From: Candidatus Amesbacteria bacterium RIFCSPLOWO2_01_FULL_48_25
Lineage (GTDB): Bacteria > Patescibacteriota > Microgenomatia > CAZETR01 > Amesbacteraceae
NCBI GenBank assembly: GCA_001773695.1
Contig: MEXN01000005.1
Coordinates: 139,316 to 203,315 of the forward strand
Direction: 5' to 3'
DNA length: 64,000 nt
How positions within the stretch are numbered: the first letter of the stretch is position 1; every line of letters starts with the position of its first letter. This document shows, piece by piece, positions 20,126 to 29,174 of this stretch. Position numbers and translations under genes: made by a program. The notes below the pieces were generated by a model that did no database searches, was not told the DNA's origin, and worked only from the letters and a program-made list of their open reading frames with translations.

Positions 20126-21286
20126 ATGTCAAGACTTGAGCGCAACAAGGGAATGGGTGCGTCTGGGGAAGAGGTCGATTTATTTAAGTTGTATTCGGGC
20201 CAAGGGGATAAACTGGATGTTCTTTACCGTGCACTAGATGGATTGCGAAAGGTGCGCCAGGATCCTAACGACCGTGGAGTTTTGAATGATGTGTTAGCCC
20301 AAAGAGAGGGGGAATTTTTAGTTAAGGCGAGTCCACAGCTGGGGGGGAGGAGTCCGTTAATGTTGTTGCATGAGAAGTTGGATGAGGAACAGAGTAGAGC
20401 CAACTTTGGTCAAGCGGCTTCGATAAAGAGCTCTAGGCGTGGGCAAGAAGATTTTGGCCCAAATTTTGGGGCAGTATTTTCGAAAAAAGAAATAATGTCA
20501 TTGCCTGCGGGTGTGGAGACGGTGCACTTGTCGGCACAGGAGTTAATTAATAAGGCGGTTATCGACAGGCTTTTGCGGGCTCATCCGAATTTGAAAGTGT
20601 TGCAGATCCCAGAGAGTCATATGAGGATGGTGGGCCCGGGAATTCGAGCGATTTTGGAAAAACGTGGTATCGAATTGAGGATTGGAAGGGTAAGGGATAT
20701 ACCATTTTATGATGACGGGGGCGGAGGAAAGATGGAGCATGAAGATGGTTATCGGGAAAAGAAAGAGGTTTACGCCGCTTTATTGGAAGGTGGCCGAAAA
20801 GGTGAAATATTCGCTTTGATGGAGAAGCATGAGTTGAACGAAGCTTTGGTAGCAAAAGAGTATTTGAGTGGTTCTTGGAAGTCGTTGTCTGATGTGGCGA
20901 GCGAGTTGGGTTTGCCGTTAAGTCGGGTGCAGAGATGCATATCGGCTTTGATGTGTTGGGCGGGGCGTCCAATCCAAGATAAAATAGCACAAAGGCGAGC
21001 GGCTAATTTGGAAAAGTTGGTATTGAGATTGGAAAAGGCTGAGGCCCAGGGGAAGGAGCGGGATAGGTTGAGGAGCGAGTGTTCTGTGGGAGATGAACTG
21101 CCACCCAGGGAATTGCGGGTGGCGAGGTGGAAGGATTGGCAACGAGTAGTCACGTTATATAGGGCCAACCCCGACTCTTTAGAGAGGTTGAAGGAACGTC
21201 ACTCGGGTAGATATAGGGCGTTGATTAATTATCTTCATATTGAAGAACTGGGGGGGCAAAACCGGAACTTCGGGCGAATTGGCTGA
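20126..21286 (+). CDS. Hypothetical protein with sigma-70 region-4-like HTH
   Basis: Segment LSDVASELGLPLSRVQRCISAL resembles the sigma region 4.2 HTH. The rest is unrecognised. Confidence 0.35.
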   Translation: MSRLERNKGMGASGEEVDLFKLYSGQGDKLDVLYRALDGLRKVRQDPNDRGVLNDVLAQREGEFLVKASPQLGGRSPLMLLHEKLDEEQSRANFGQAASIKSSRRGQEDFGPNFGAVFSKKEIMSLPAGVETVHLSAQELINKAVIDRLLRAHPNLKVLQIPESHMRMVGPGIRAILEKRGIELRIGRVRDIPFYDDGGGGKMEHEDGYREKKEVYAALLEGGRKGEIFALMEKHELNEALVAKEYLSGSWKSLSDVASELGLPLSRVQRCISALMCWAGRPIQDKIAQRRAANLEKLVLRLEKAEAQGKERDRLRSECSVGDELPPRELRVARWKDWQRVVTLYRANPDSLERLKERHSGRYRALINYLHIEELGGQNRNFGRIG

Positions 21287-21370
21287 AAGATGGGGTTGCT
21301 CGAGACAAAACGTATCATGGTTGGTAAACGGGGCGTTGGAGTCCTTGGGTTTGTTGGATGACGAGTCAAG

Positions 21371-23173
21371 TTAGAGACGGAAGAGTTTTTCGCGGATGGG
21401 GGCAATGTCGGAAGATGAGAGTTGTTTGGTGTCGGAGTGGAAGGTGAGACGGAGAGTAAATTTGTCGCCGAACTTGTCAATGAGGTCGACTTGCTTAATA
21501 AGAGGGCTAATTTTTTTGATTTGATTAATTAAAGTATCGTAATTGGTGTTTAGCGTGACGTTGATGTCTTCGATAATGGGCGGGAATTGGGATATGGGAG
21601 TGAATTTGCGCAGGCTGGTAGCAGTGGGTAAGATCTTGGATAGATCGATTTCGCAACTTAAACAAGTCGGATTGGCATCAATTTGAAAGTGGAAATCGGC
21701 TCCAAGGTCTATCTGAAGAGCCTCGATTGTCCCCTTAAGTTTTGAGTGATTTAGATCGGTTGTTGAAATTAGGAGATGCATTTCTTCCGTGGGTAAGCCA
21801 TTTTTCTGGGGCAAATACACGTTTGCGATCTCGAACAAATTTAACTGTTTGACCCGGCCTAGGTTTTCCGAGATGACTTGGGAGTGAGAGAGAGAGGTGC
21901 GCAAATAAGTCCATTCGGAGGACAGCGGATTTTTGAGTCTGAGGCCAGAGTCTTCCCGGACCAGAGAATAGGTATAGGTTTCGGTGAAACCCCAATGTTT
22001 GAGGGCGGATTTGATGCGCGAGATCCAGTAAAATTCTGAGTCATTGGCGCGATTGGTGGGTAGTGGTCCGGACATGAGCTGTGAGGGGAGGTTGTGGTAA
22101 CCATAAATACGAGCCACTTCTTCGACCAAGTCCTCGGGGATATTGATGTCAGATTTTCGCCACCAGGGAATTTTGTCAGTAATGCCAATGCTGGCTAAAA
22201 TGTCCTTTATTTCTTTGGGGGCAAGGTCTATCCCCAGCCGGGAGTTGATAAAATCTGGCGAGGCTGTGACGGACTTGGAATAAGCTTTCTCGTTGATGAT
22301 ATCGATGGCGGTAGTTTCAGGTTGACCTCCAGTTAGGTCTTTAAATAATTGAAGAGCTTTCTCCATGGTGGGAAGGACGCTTTCTGACGGCAGTCCTTTT
22401 TCGAATAGGACTGCGGCTGAGGTTCGATGAGCCAGGGCCATAGATGTTCTACGGATGTGGTTGGGTTTGTATGTTTGGACGAAAAGTAAGACATTTTTGG
22501 TATCGTTCCCTACTGCAGAGTTCAATCCGCCCATAATGCCGCACAGATCGATTAATTTTCCAGAGCCGTCTTCGATAACAATGTCTTGGCCGGGAAGCTT
22601 GTGGGTCTTGCCATCCAAAGTAATAATTGACTCCCCTACCCTGCTTTCGCGAAGGGTCATGAGGCGATCTGCGATTTTGTCATAGTCGAATGTGTGGGTG
22701 GGCTGGCCCAACTCATGCATTAGCAGATTGCTGATGTCGACGACGTTGTTTAGTCCGCGCATTCCAACTGATTCAAGCTTTTTGATGAGCCAATTTGGGG
22801 GTGGTTTGACAGAGACGTTTTTGATTAAAATTGCCGAAAATCTTGAACAAAGGGTTGGATCTATTTTGACTTTTAGGTAGTCGACGGAATCCGCGGTTTT
22901 GAAAGAAAGTTTGGTGTCAAATGGGTCGGATAGCAACTTGGTTGGATGGTTGAACCTGGGCAAAATGGCAGCGGCTTCGCGGGCGATGCCGTAAACGCTC
23001 ATGCAGTCTACCCGGTTGGTTGTGACCTCAATGTCATAAATAAAATCATCCCCGGATTTATGCATCCGTTCAACCGACGGACCGCAAAGAGACAGAGCTT
23101 TTTGAATTTCTTTGAGCTTGGCATCTGTTTGCAAGTACTCTCTAAGCCACGAATCAGGAATCAATATTTGCAT
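21371..23173 (-). CDS. pheT: Phenylalanine--tRNA ligase beta subunit (short form)
   Basis: MQILIPDSWLREYL start typical of PheT. B3/4 and B5-like regions. Directly downstream of pheS. Confidence 0.85.
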   Translation of the reverse strand: MQILIPDSWLREYLQTDAKLKEIQKALSLCGPSVERMHKSGDDFIYDIEVTTNRVDCMSVYGIAREAAAILPRFNHPTKLLSDPFDTKLSFKTADSVDYLKVKIDPTLCSRFSAILIKNVSVKPPPNWLIKKLESVGMRGLNNVVDISNLLMHELGQPTHTFDYDKIADRLMTLRESRVGESIITLDGKTHKLPGQDIVIEDGSGKLIDLCGIMGGLNSAVGNDTKNVLLFVQTYKPNHIRRTSMALAHRTSAAVLFEKGLPSESVLPTMEKALQLFKDLTGGQPETTAIDIINEKAYSKSVTASPDFINSRLGIDLAPKEIKDILASIGITDKIPWWRKSDINIPEDLVEEVARIYGYHNLPSQLMSGPLPTNRANDSEFYWISRIKSALKHWGFTETYTYSLVREDSGLRLKNPLSSEWTYLRTSLSHSQVISENLGRVKQLNLFEIANVYLPQKNGLPTEEMHLLISTTDLNHSKLKGTIEALQIDLGADFHFQIDANPTCLSCEIDLSKILPTATSLRKFTPISQFPPIIEDINVTLNTNYDTLINQIKKISPLIKQVDLIDKFGDKFTLRLTFHSDTKQLSSSDIAPIREKLFRL

Positions 23174-23174
23174 A

Positions 23175-24200
23175 TCAAAATTGATTTAGGAATCTAATGT
23201 CGTTGGAGTATAACAGTCTTAAGTCTGGGATTTTGAGGCCGGATTTCATCATATAAGTGCGTTCTACTCCCCAACCGAAAGCAAAACCGGTGTATTTTTC
23301 GGAATCGATTTTTCCGGCCTTCAAAACATTTGGATGGACCATGCCGGCACCACCCAGCTCCAACCAACCTTCTTTGCACAACTTACAGCCCTTACCTAAA
23401 CAAATATCGCAGGTGACGTCAACTTCAAATGATGGTTCGGTAAACTGAAAATGATATGGTCTTAACCTGGATTTTCTATTAGGCCCAAAAAATTGTTTGA
23501 CGAAATAATCTATCGTGCCCTTGAGGTGGGTAATATTTATATTTTCGTCGATGACAAGCCCTTCAAATTGATGGAACATGGGAGTGTGGGAGACGTCCGA
23601 TTGGCGGCGATAACATTTGGCGATATTGACCATGCGGATGGGTGGGTGGCCCAGGCGTTCCATTTCCCGGACTTGGCCGTTTGAGGTATGAGGTGTGAGA
23701 ACGATCTTCCCCAGTTTTGGGTGTTCTGGCGCATCAACTATAAAAGTTTCCCAGTCATCACGGGCTGGATGACTAGCCGGCATATTCAGACTTTCGAATG
23801 CATACCAGTCCCAGTCGACTTCAGGATAGCGCACTCTGATAAAGCCGATTTTTTCGAAAATACTGGAAATTTCTTCGATGGCACTGGTGACAGGATGTAA
23901 GTGTCCTTGGGGAGGCCTAATTCCTGGTAGTGTGATGTCTAAGTTTTCCAGTTTTCCAGTTTTCCAGTTTTCCAGTTTGGGTTGGAGAGCCTGGCTGATT
24001 GCCGATTTGATTTCATTGAAGAGTCGGCCGGTTTCGGTTTTTTCCTCATCGAACAAACTCTTAAATTCTTTTGAAATTTGATTGAGAACTCCGGATTTAC
24101 CTAAGTAGTGGGCGCGCAGCCTTTCCAGTTCTTCGGGATCGGTTGCCTGGATGATTTGGGCCAGCGCCTCGTTTTTGAGATTGAGAAGTTTTTCCCGCAT
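23175..24200 (-). CDS. pheS: Phenylalanine--tRNA ligase alpha subunit
   Basis: Class II aaRS motifs (FTEPSFEVDV, GFAFGWGVERTYMM). Contains an in-frame 8-bp x4 tandem repeat near its N-terminus. Confidence 0.9.
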   Translation of the reverse strand: MREKLLNLKNEALAQIIQATDPEELERLRAHYLGKSGVLNQISKEFKSLFDEEKTETGRLFNEIKSAISQALQPKLENWKTGKLENLDITLPGIRPPQGHLHPVTSAIEEISSIFEKIGFIRVRYPEVDWDWYAFESLNMPASHPARDDWETFIVDAPEHPKLGKIVLTPHTSNGQVREMERLGHPPIRMVNIAKCYRRQSDVSHTPMFHQFEGLVIDENINITHLKGTIDYFVKQFFGPNRKSRLRPYHFQFTEPSFEVDVTCDICLGKGCKLCKEGWLELGGAGMVHPNVLKAGKIDSEKYTGFAFGWGVERTYMMKSGLKIPDLRLLYSNDIRFLNQF

Positions 24201-24217
24201 TCTTGGGAAATTATATC

Positions 24218-24568
24218 TTATTTGTAGATGGTGAGGCCGGCGGATTTGACGATGGATGCGAAGGTTTGTGGTTGGCGGGTGGCCAGGTCGGAGAGGATTT
24301 TGCGGTCGATATCGATGTTGGCTTTTTTTAGGGCGGGAATAAATTTGGAGTATTTAATGCCCATGGTACTTAGGGCGGAGTTGATGCGGACAATCCACGT
24401 GCGGCGCAGATCTCGGCGGCGAAGGCGACGACCGGCGAAGGCGTATTGACCGGCGTGGCGGACTGCCTCGTGGGCGACCTTGTATAGCCGATGACGAGTC
24501 ATTCGGTAACCACGGGCTAACTTCAGGATTTTTTTGTGTCTTTGAAGACGGGGTGATTTGACTCTCAT
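24218..24568 (-). CDS. rplT: 50S ribosomal protein L20
   Basis: MRVKSPRLQRHKKILKLARGYRMTRHRLYKVAHEAV... Confidence 0.9.
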   Translation of the reverse strand: MRVKSPRLQRHKKILKLARGYRMTRHRLYKVAHEAVRHAGQYAFAGRRLRRRDLRRTWIVRINSALSTMGIKYSKFIPALKKANIDIDRKILSDLATRQPQTFASIVKSAGLTIYK

Positions 24569-24571
24569 AAT

Positions 24572-24766
24572 CTATGCGAGGGCTAATAACCTTTTTATTT
24601 TACGGGCCCTGGGGCCGGTGACTAAGTGGTGACTTGAGTAACGGCGTTTTTGAGCGGCAGATTTAGAACGGCGCAAATGGCGGCCGAATGCTACCCGACG
24701 CAGGACCTTGCCCGATCCGGTGATTTTAAAACGGCGGGCAGCTGATTTTTTGGTTTTTTGTTTCAT
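24572..24766 (-). CDS. rpmI: 50S ribosomal protein L35
   Basis: MKQKTKKSAARRFKITGSGKVLRR... Confidence 0.85.
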   Translation of the reverse strand: MKQKTKKSAARRFKITGSGKVLRRVAFGRHLRRSKSAAQKRRYSSHHLVTGPRARKIKRLLALA

Positions 24767-25281
24767 TTCTTTTTAATGGGTGTAAAGGTAGCGATATATT
24801 GTTTGCCCATCCACTTGCCGGCTTGATCTATGGTGGCAAGATCAGCCAGAGCTAGTAGAGCTTTGTCCAACATTTGCGGGCCGAACTCTTTGTGCGTGAG
24901 CTGACGGCCGACGAATTTGATAGTGAGGCGTAGTTTGTGCCCTTCGGTCAAAAATTCCCGGGCCCGGTCAATTTTAATTGAAAAATCGTTTTCGGCCATG
25001 AATGGCGTGAGACGAATTTCTTTGAGATCGACTTTTTTTTGAGCGGCCTTGGCGGCTTGGTCCTTTTTGGCTAGCTGGTACAAGTATTTTTTGTAGTCGA
25101 TGATTTTGACTACCGGCGGGACCGCGTTGGGGGCGATTTCCACCGCGTCGACTCCTGCGGATTGGGCTTGGGAAAGTGCTTCTGTTAGTGGTACTACTCC
25201 AATTTGAGTTCCATCTTCGCGCAAAAGGCGAACCTGGCTGGCTTTGATTTGATGGTTGATTTTGAATTGGGCCGTACTCAA
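24763..25281 (-). CDS. infC: Translation initiation factor IF-3
   Basis: INHQIKASQVRLLREDGTQIGVV... IF3 N- and C-domains. Conserved thrS-infC-rpmI-rplT order. Confidence 0.85.
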   Translation of the reverse strand: MSTAQFKINHQIKASQVRLLREDGTQIGVVPLTEALSQAQSAGVDAVEIAPNAVPPVVKIIDYKKYLYQLAKKDQAAKAAQKKVDLKEIRLTPFMAENDFSIKIDRAREFLTEGHKLRLTIKFVGRQLTHKEFGPQMLDKALLALADLATIDQAGKWMGKQYIATFTPIKKK

Positions 25282-25541
25282 GACTTGTAGATTATATCAA
25301 TACTACTCTTTAAAGACAACGTTGAGGGATTTGAGAAACTCCACGTCGAAAGTTTCCAAAAACCCAAGTCTACCCAATAATGGGGGGATCTCGTCGCTGG
25401 CAAAGAAAGCCAGTGGAGCGTCACGGTTGAAATTTCCGATTTTTGTTGTAATCCTGTCTTTTAGGAGATAAATAGGCTGTTCTCCCCCTACTCCAACAGT
25501 GGCGTCTTTTAAGCAATCTTTCTCGAGTGAAATCTCTAAAT

Positions 25542-25745
25542 CTATAGTATTAGGGAGTGGGCTTTGGGGAGGTATGCGACTTGTGGAGTGACGTTGGGGT
25601 ATTGTTTGCGAACTTTTCTGAGTATTTCGGCGGCACCACTACCAGTATTGGCAGTGAAAACCTTACCCGCGGCCAATATAACGTGTTTTCCCCGGTAGCG
25701 AGGATTTTTGAAGACATCTTGCATAGTAATCTTTTTTGCTGACAT
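25542..25745 (-). CDS. Small hypothetical protein inserted between thrS and infC
   Basis: 67-aa ORF (MSAKKITMQDVFKNPRYRGKHVILAAGKVF...). No SD. The longer 171-aa version in the ORF track overlaps thrS and is unlikely. Confidence 0.3.
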   Translation of the reverse strand: MSAKKITMQDVFKNPRYRGKHVILAAGKVFTANTGSGAAEILRKVRKQYPNVTPQVAYLPKAHSLIL

Positions 25746-25845
25746 GGTTTTAGTATACCAAGTTTGGCAATGGCCGGGGGAGTCTTCGTCAGCCTGTAAT
25801 TTGGGTTGCTTTCTTTTGGGCCACTGATCTTTTAGCGGATCTGGG

Positions 25846-27636
25846 TTAGACGTTGGGAGTGGTAGTGGTAGTGGTAGTGGTACTTGTTCTAGAGGAGATT
25901 TCCTCGGAGATAGAGCTAGAGAATTGAGATAGAGATAGGGATTGGGACTCTTTGGAGCTGTGGCGGCGGACGGAAACCGATTTGGCCTCGGATTCGCGGT
26001 CGCCGACGACCAAAATATAGGAGATTTTTTGCATTTCAGCGTCTCTGACCCGGGCATTTAAAGGCTCAGATTTATCGTTGAGCTCGACGCGGATATTTTG
26101 GGATTTGAGTTCGGCCTCAACTTTTTTGGCGTAGTCGAGATGTTTGTCGGAAATGGGGAGGACGACGACTTGAATTGGCGCTAGCCAGGTGGGAAAGGCG
26201 CCTGCGTAATGTTCGATAAGGATGGCCATAAGCCGTTCTGGTGATCCTGAGATGGCCCGGTGGAGCATAACCGGGGTTTGTTTTTGACCTTTTTCGTCGA
26301 TATATGATAGACCAAATCTTTGAGGCATGAAGAAATCTATTTGGAGTGTGGAAAGTTGCCACTCCCGGCCGAGCGAATCAGTGGCGATGAGGTCGAGCTT
26401 GGGTGCATAGAAAGCGGCTTCCCCTACTCCCGGAAAATACTCCATGCCCCGGTCTTCGAGAATTTTTTCGGAGAGTTTTTCTGATTTGGCCCATGTTTCG
26501 GCATCACCTAGATACTTTTCGGGATGCTGGGGATCATGAAGCGACAGACGGTACTTATATTTAAATCCGTATGTTTCCATAATTTGTTTAGTCATGTCCA
26601 AGGCTTTGTTCATTTCTTCTTCAACTTGGTCAGGTCGGCAAAAGATGTGACAGTCGTCTTGGGAAAAAGATCTGGTACGAGTGAGTCCAATTAGTTCACC
26701 GGGTTTTTCGTCGCGATAGAGCATGGCAAAGTCGGCTAATCTGATGGGCAGATCGCGATAACTTCTGGATTGTGAGGCATAAATTTGGGTATGTTGTGGA
26801 CAATTCATGGGTTTTAGGAAGAACTCCTCATTGGAGTAATTGGAACGGACCGAGAATAAATTTTCGCGGTATTTGTCGTAGTGACCTGATATTTTAAAAA
26901 GTTCGGCCTTGGCGATTTGAGGAGTCCAGACTTGGGTGATATCTTGTTTACTTTGCAGCTCCTCGACAAACTCGTTAATGAGCTGGCGAATGAGAGCCCC
27001 TTTTGGTGTAAATAGAGGTAATCCGCCCCCGACATAATCGGAAAATGTCCAGAGTCCTAGCTGGATGCCAATCTTGCGGTGGTCGCGTTTTTTGGCTTCT
27101 TCCTGCTGCCAGAGATATTTATCCAGCTCGTCCTTGGTTGGGAAAATCGTGCCGTAGATACGGGTGAGCATTTTGTTTTTTTCGTCACCGCGCCAGTAGG
27201 CACCAGCAATTGAGAGAAGTTTGAAGTGATTAAGAGATTGAGATACTAAGTCTATATGGCCGCCGCGACAGAGGTCCTCGAAGCTGCCGGATTTATAGAT
27301 TGTGATAGGCTGATCGGTGAATTCGTTAATCAGTTCGAGTTTGTAGGGATTATCACTAAATTTCTTTTTGGCATCTTCGGGAGCGGTCTCTATTCGTTCG
27401 AAAGATTTCCAGGTTGGGGATAGTTGGTGCATTTTGGCTTCGATGGCAGGAAAATCTGCTTCAGAAATTTTCAAATTGTCGAAGTCGTAGTAGAAACCGT
27501 TTTCGATAGCTGGACCGATGGTGCGAAGAGCCTTGGGATAAAGCTCCATAACGGCGGCGGCTAATAAATGAGCCGCTGAGTGTCTGAGGTTGTCGAGATT
27601 TTGATCAGGCATATACAAAATGAGCCACTCTTTCAC
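25846..27636 (-). CDS. thrS: Threonine--tRNA ligase (short N-terminus; poly-Thr C-terminal tail from a hexanucleotide repeat)
   Basis: RHSAAHLLAAAV (SAD/editing-domain HxxxH), class II catalytic core, anticodon-binding domain. C-terminus TSTTTTTTTTPNV encoded by a (GGTAGT)n repeat at about 25855-25883. Confidence 0.9.
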   Translation of the reverse strand: MKEWLILYMPDQNLDNLRHSAAHLLAAAVMELYPKALRTIGPAIENGFYYDFDNLKISEADFPAIEAKMHQLSPTWKSFERIETAPEDAKKKFSDNPYKLELINEFTDQPITIYKSGSFEDLCRGGHIDLVSQSLNHFKLLSIAGAYWRGDEKNKMLTRIYGTIFPTKDELDKYLWQQEEAKKRDHRKIGIQLGLWTFSDYVGGGLPLFTPKGALIRQLINEFVEELQSKQDITQVWTPQIAKAELFKISGHYDKYRENLFSVRSNYSNEEFFLKPMNCPQHTQIYASQSRSYRDLPIRLADFAMLYRDEKPGELIGLTRTRSFSQDDCHIFCRPDQVEEEMNKALDMTKQIMETYGFKYKYRLSLHDPQHPEKYLGDAETWAKSEKLSEKILEDRGMEYFPGVGEAAFYAPKLDLIATDSLGREWQLSTLQIDFFMPQRFGLSYIDEKGQKQTPVMLHRAISGSPERLMAILIEHYAGAFPTWLAPIQVVVLPISDKHLDYAKKVEAELKSQNIRVELNDKSEPLNARVRDAEMQKISYILVVGDRESEAKSVSVRRHSSKESQSLSLSQFSSSISEEISSRTSTTTTTTTTPNV

Positions 27637-27750
27637 TCGTCCCGGGGTTCCAACGAGTTACTAGGTGGCTTGATTAAATTTGTTTGGCTTTGAGGTTGGT
27701 TAAGTCTCATGCGAGCGCCAAATTAAATTTTCTTTACTGTCTTTATTATA

Positions 27751-27999
27751 TCAGTTATGGCTAGGAATGCCAACCTCTTTTTCTAGAAGCTGAAGTCGGC
27801 CTTCGGTTTCTTGGAAAGATTTGACGAGTATTCCCTCGAGTTGTTCGAATTTGCGTTCTACTTTTTGCCACAGGCCACCTAGATCTGTTTTAGTGACAAA
27901 TTTCTGATCCTGGCGTTTTTCCATGGCGGATAAATCGATTTTGGTTGCAAACACACCTTTAAGGAGATTGATATCGTCTTTGTTTAATGATGGGGCCAT
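27751..27999 (-). CDS. Hypothetical small coiled-coil protein
   Basis: 82-aa ORF, no motif. Confidence 0.3.
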   Translation of the reverse strand: MAPSLNKDDINLLKGVFATKIDLSAMEKRQDQKFVTKTDLGGLWQKVERKFEQLEGILVKSFQETEGRLQLLEKEVGIPSHN

Positions 28000-28003
28000 G
28001 GGT

Positions 28004-28825
28004 TCATGATAGCATGGATTTCAAGGTGTCGATGTCTTGTTTTCTGGGGCCGTTTCCATCCCCGGGAACCTCAAGAATAAACGGGATAGTTTTTAGTCTT
28101 GCGTCACTCGCAAATTTTGCCAGGCTGACTTCGCCTATTTTTCCAAGACCAATGTTTTCGTGACGATCAATTTTGGATCCAAACTCGGTTTTAGAATCGT
28201 TGAGATGAATGACCGAGAGCCGTTTTAGACCTATGATTCGATCGAATTTTTCGAGAACAGTGTCGAGAGTGTAACCGGCTGCGAAACAGTGTTGGGTATC
28301 CAGGCAGACACCGATTTTGGATTTATCCCCTACTCTACTGATTATTTGAGCTAAATCCTCAAATTTTTCCCCAATAGCGCCACCTTGGCCAGCTGCGTTT
28401 TCTAAAATGAGTCTGACACCCTTGGGGCTGCTATCCAGAGTAAAGTTAATGGCGGCAACAACTTGGTCGATGGTTTTTTCCAAGCCTTCTCCCATGTGGC
28501 TGCCGATGTGGAAAATAGTTCCCACGGCATTTATTTCTCCAGCTAGTTGTTGATAGAAGATGAGAGAATTGATACTGGCTTTTAGGTACGACTTGCTTTT
28601 TGAGGCTAGATTGACCAGATAGACTCCATGGAAGAAATGAGGACCGATTCCTGATTCGTCCTTTTTATCCAGGTATTTTTGAATGAGTTTGGGATCGATG
28701 TTTTTGAATTGGAGTGAGCGGGGGGAGGAGGCGAAAGTCATAAGACAGTTGCCACCAATTTCGGCTATTCTATCTATGCACTTGTCAAAGCTACCGGCTA
28801 TAGAGACGTGACCACCTAAATGCAT
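28004..28825 (-). CDS. nfo: Endonuclease IV (AP endonuclease family 2); start reassigned to the Met whose A is shared with the CCA of the upstream tRNA-Val
   Basis: MHLGGHVSIAG... matches the Nfo start (E. coli MKYIGAHVSAAGG), plus HGVYLVNLAS, LENAAGQG, GVCLDTQHCFAAGY and HLNDSK metal-binding motifs. The ORF-track start (GTG 28834) would lie inside the tRNA. Confidence 0.85.
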   Translation of the reverse strand: MHLGGHVSIAGSFDKCIDRIAEIGGNCLMTFASSPRSLQFKNIDPKLIQKYLDKKDESGIGPHFFHGVYLVNLASKSKSYLKASINSLIFYQQLAGEINAVGTIFHIGSHMGEGLEKTIDQVVAAINFTLDSSPKGVRLILENAAGQGGAIGEKFEDLAQIISRVGDKSKIGVCLDTQHCFAAGYTLDTVLEKFDRIIGLKRLSVIHLNDSKTEFGSKIDRHENIGLGKIGEVSLAKFASDARLKTIPFILEVPGDGNGPRKQDIDTLKSMLS

Positions 28826-28899
28826 GGTGGGCACTGGAGGCTTTGCACCCCCGACCCTTGCAATGTCAATGCAATGCTCTACTCCTGAGCTAAGTGCCC
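28825..28899 (-). tRNA. tRNA-Val(GAC), CCA encoded; atypical T-loop (TGCAAAG)
   Basis: Hand-folded as GGGCACT-TA-GCTC-AGGAGTA-GAGC-A-TTGCA-TTGACAT-TGCAA-GGGTC-GGGGG-TGCAAAG-CCTCC-AGTGCCC-A-CCA. Perfect acceptor, D and anticodon stems; U33 and A37 present. Confidence 0.7.
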
Positions 28900-28923
28900 T
28901 ATATGGGCTATTTTAGCAGAAGA

Positions 28924-29127
28924 TTAGATCAGATTCCTCCCATCAGGCTTCCACTCGTCTTTCCTCACGATTCCAAATATGAAACAGATAGGATTAAGCT
29001 GGGCAAGTAGTTTTTGGAGCGGGTTGAGGGTGGGTTTTTCTAACTGTGGGGCACGCTCGGTGGGAGTTGCATCCGCGGTCATGCCCAACCTGGTCCGCTC
29101 TTCTGATGTAATTACTATTTCGCACAT
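28924..29127 (-). CDS. Small hypothetical protein (67 aa) with strong SD
   Basis: AGGAGGTGA 6 nt upstream of ATG. No recognisable family. Confidence 0.4.
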   Translation of the reverse strand: MCEIVITSEERTRLGMTADATPTERAPQLEKPTLNPLQKLLAQLNPICFIFGIVRKDEWKPDGRNLI

Positions 29128-29174
29128 TTTTATTGATCACCTCCTTTTGTCGGGTGCCAATCTGGTTCAAATAA

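Noticed and set aside
25855-25883. Possible CRISPR-like or other regular repeats (GGTAGT)n; also (TTTTCCAG)4 in pheS and PT-linker repeats
   Set aside because: These are short coding microsatellites without spacers. No CRISPR array, cas genes or repeat-spacer structure is present anywhere in the window.
25542-26057. 171-aa ORF overlapping the 3' end of thrS
   Set aside because: Its first 100 codons are an alternate frame of thrS plus the poly-Thr repeat. Only the last 67 codons (25542..25745) are plausibly a separate small gene.
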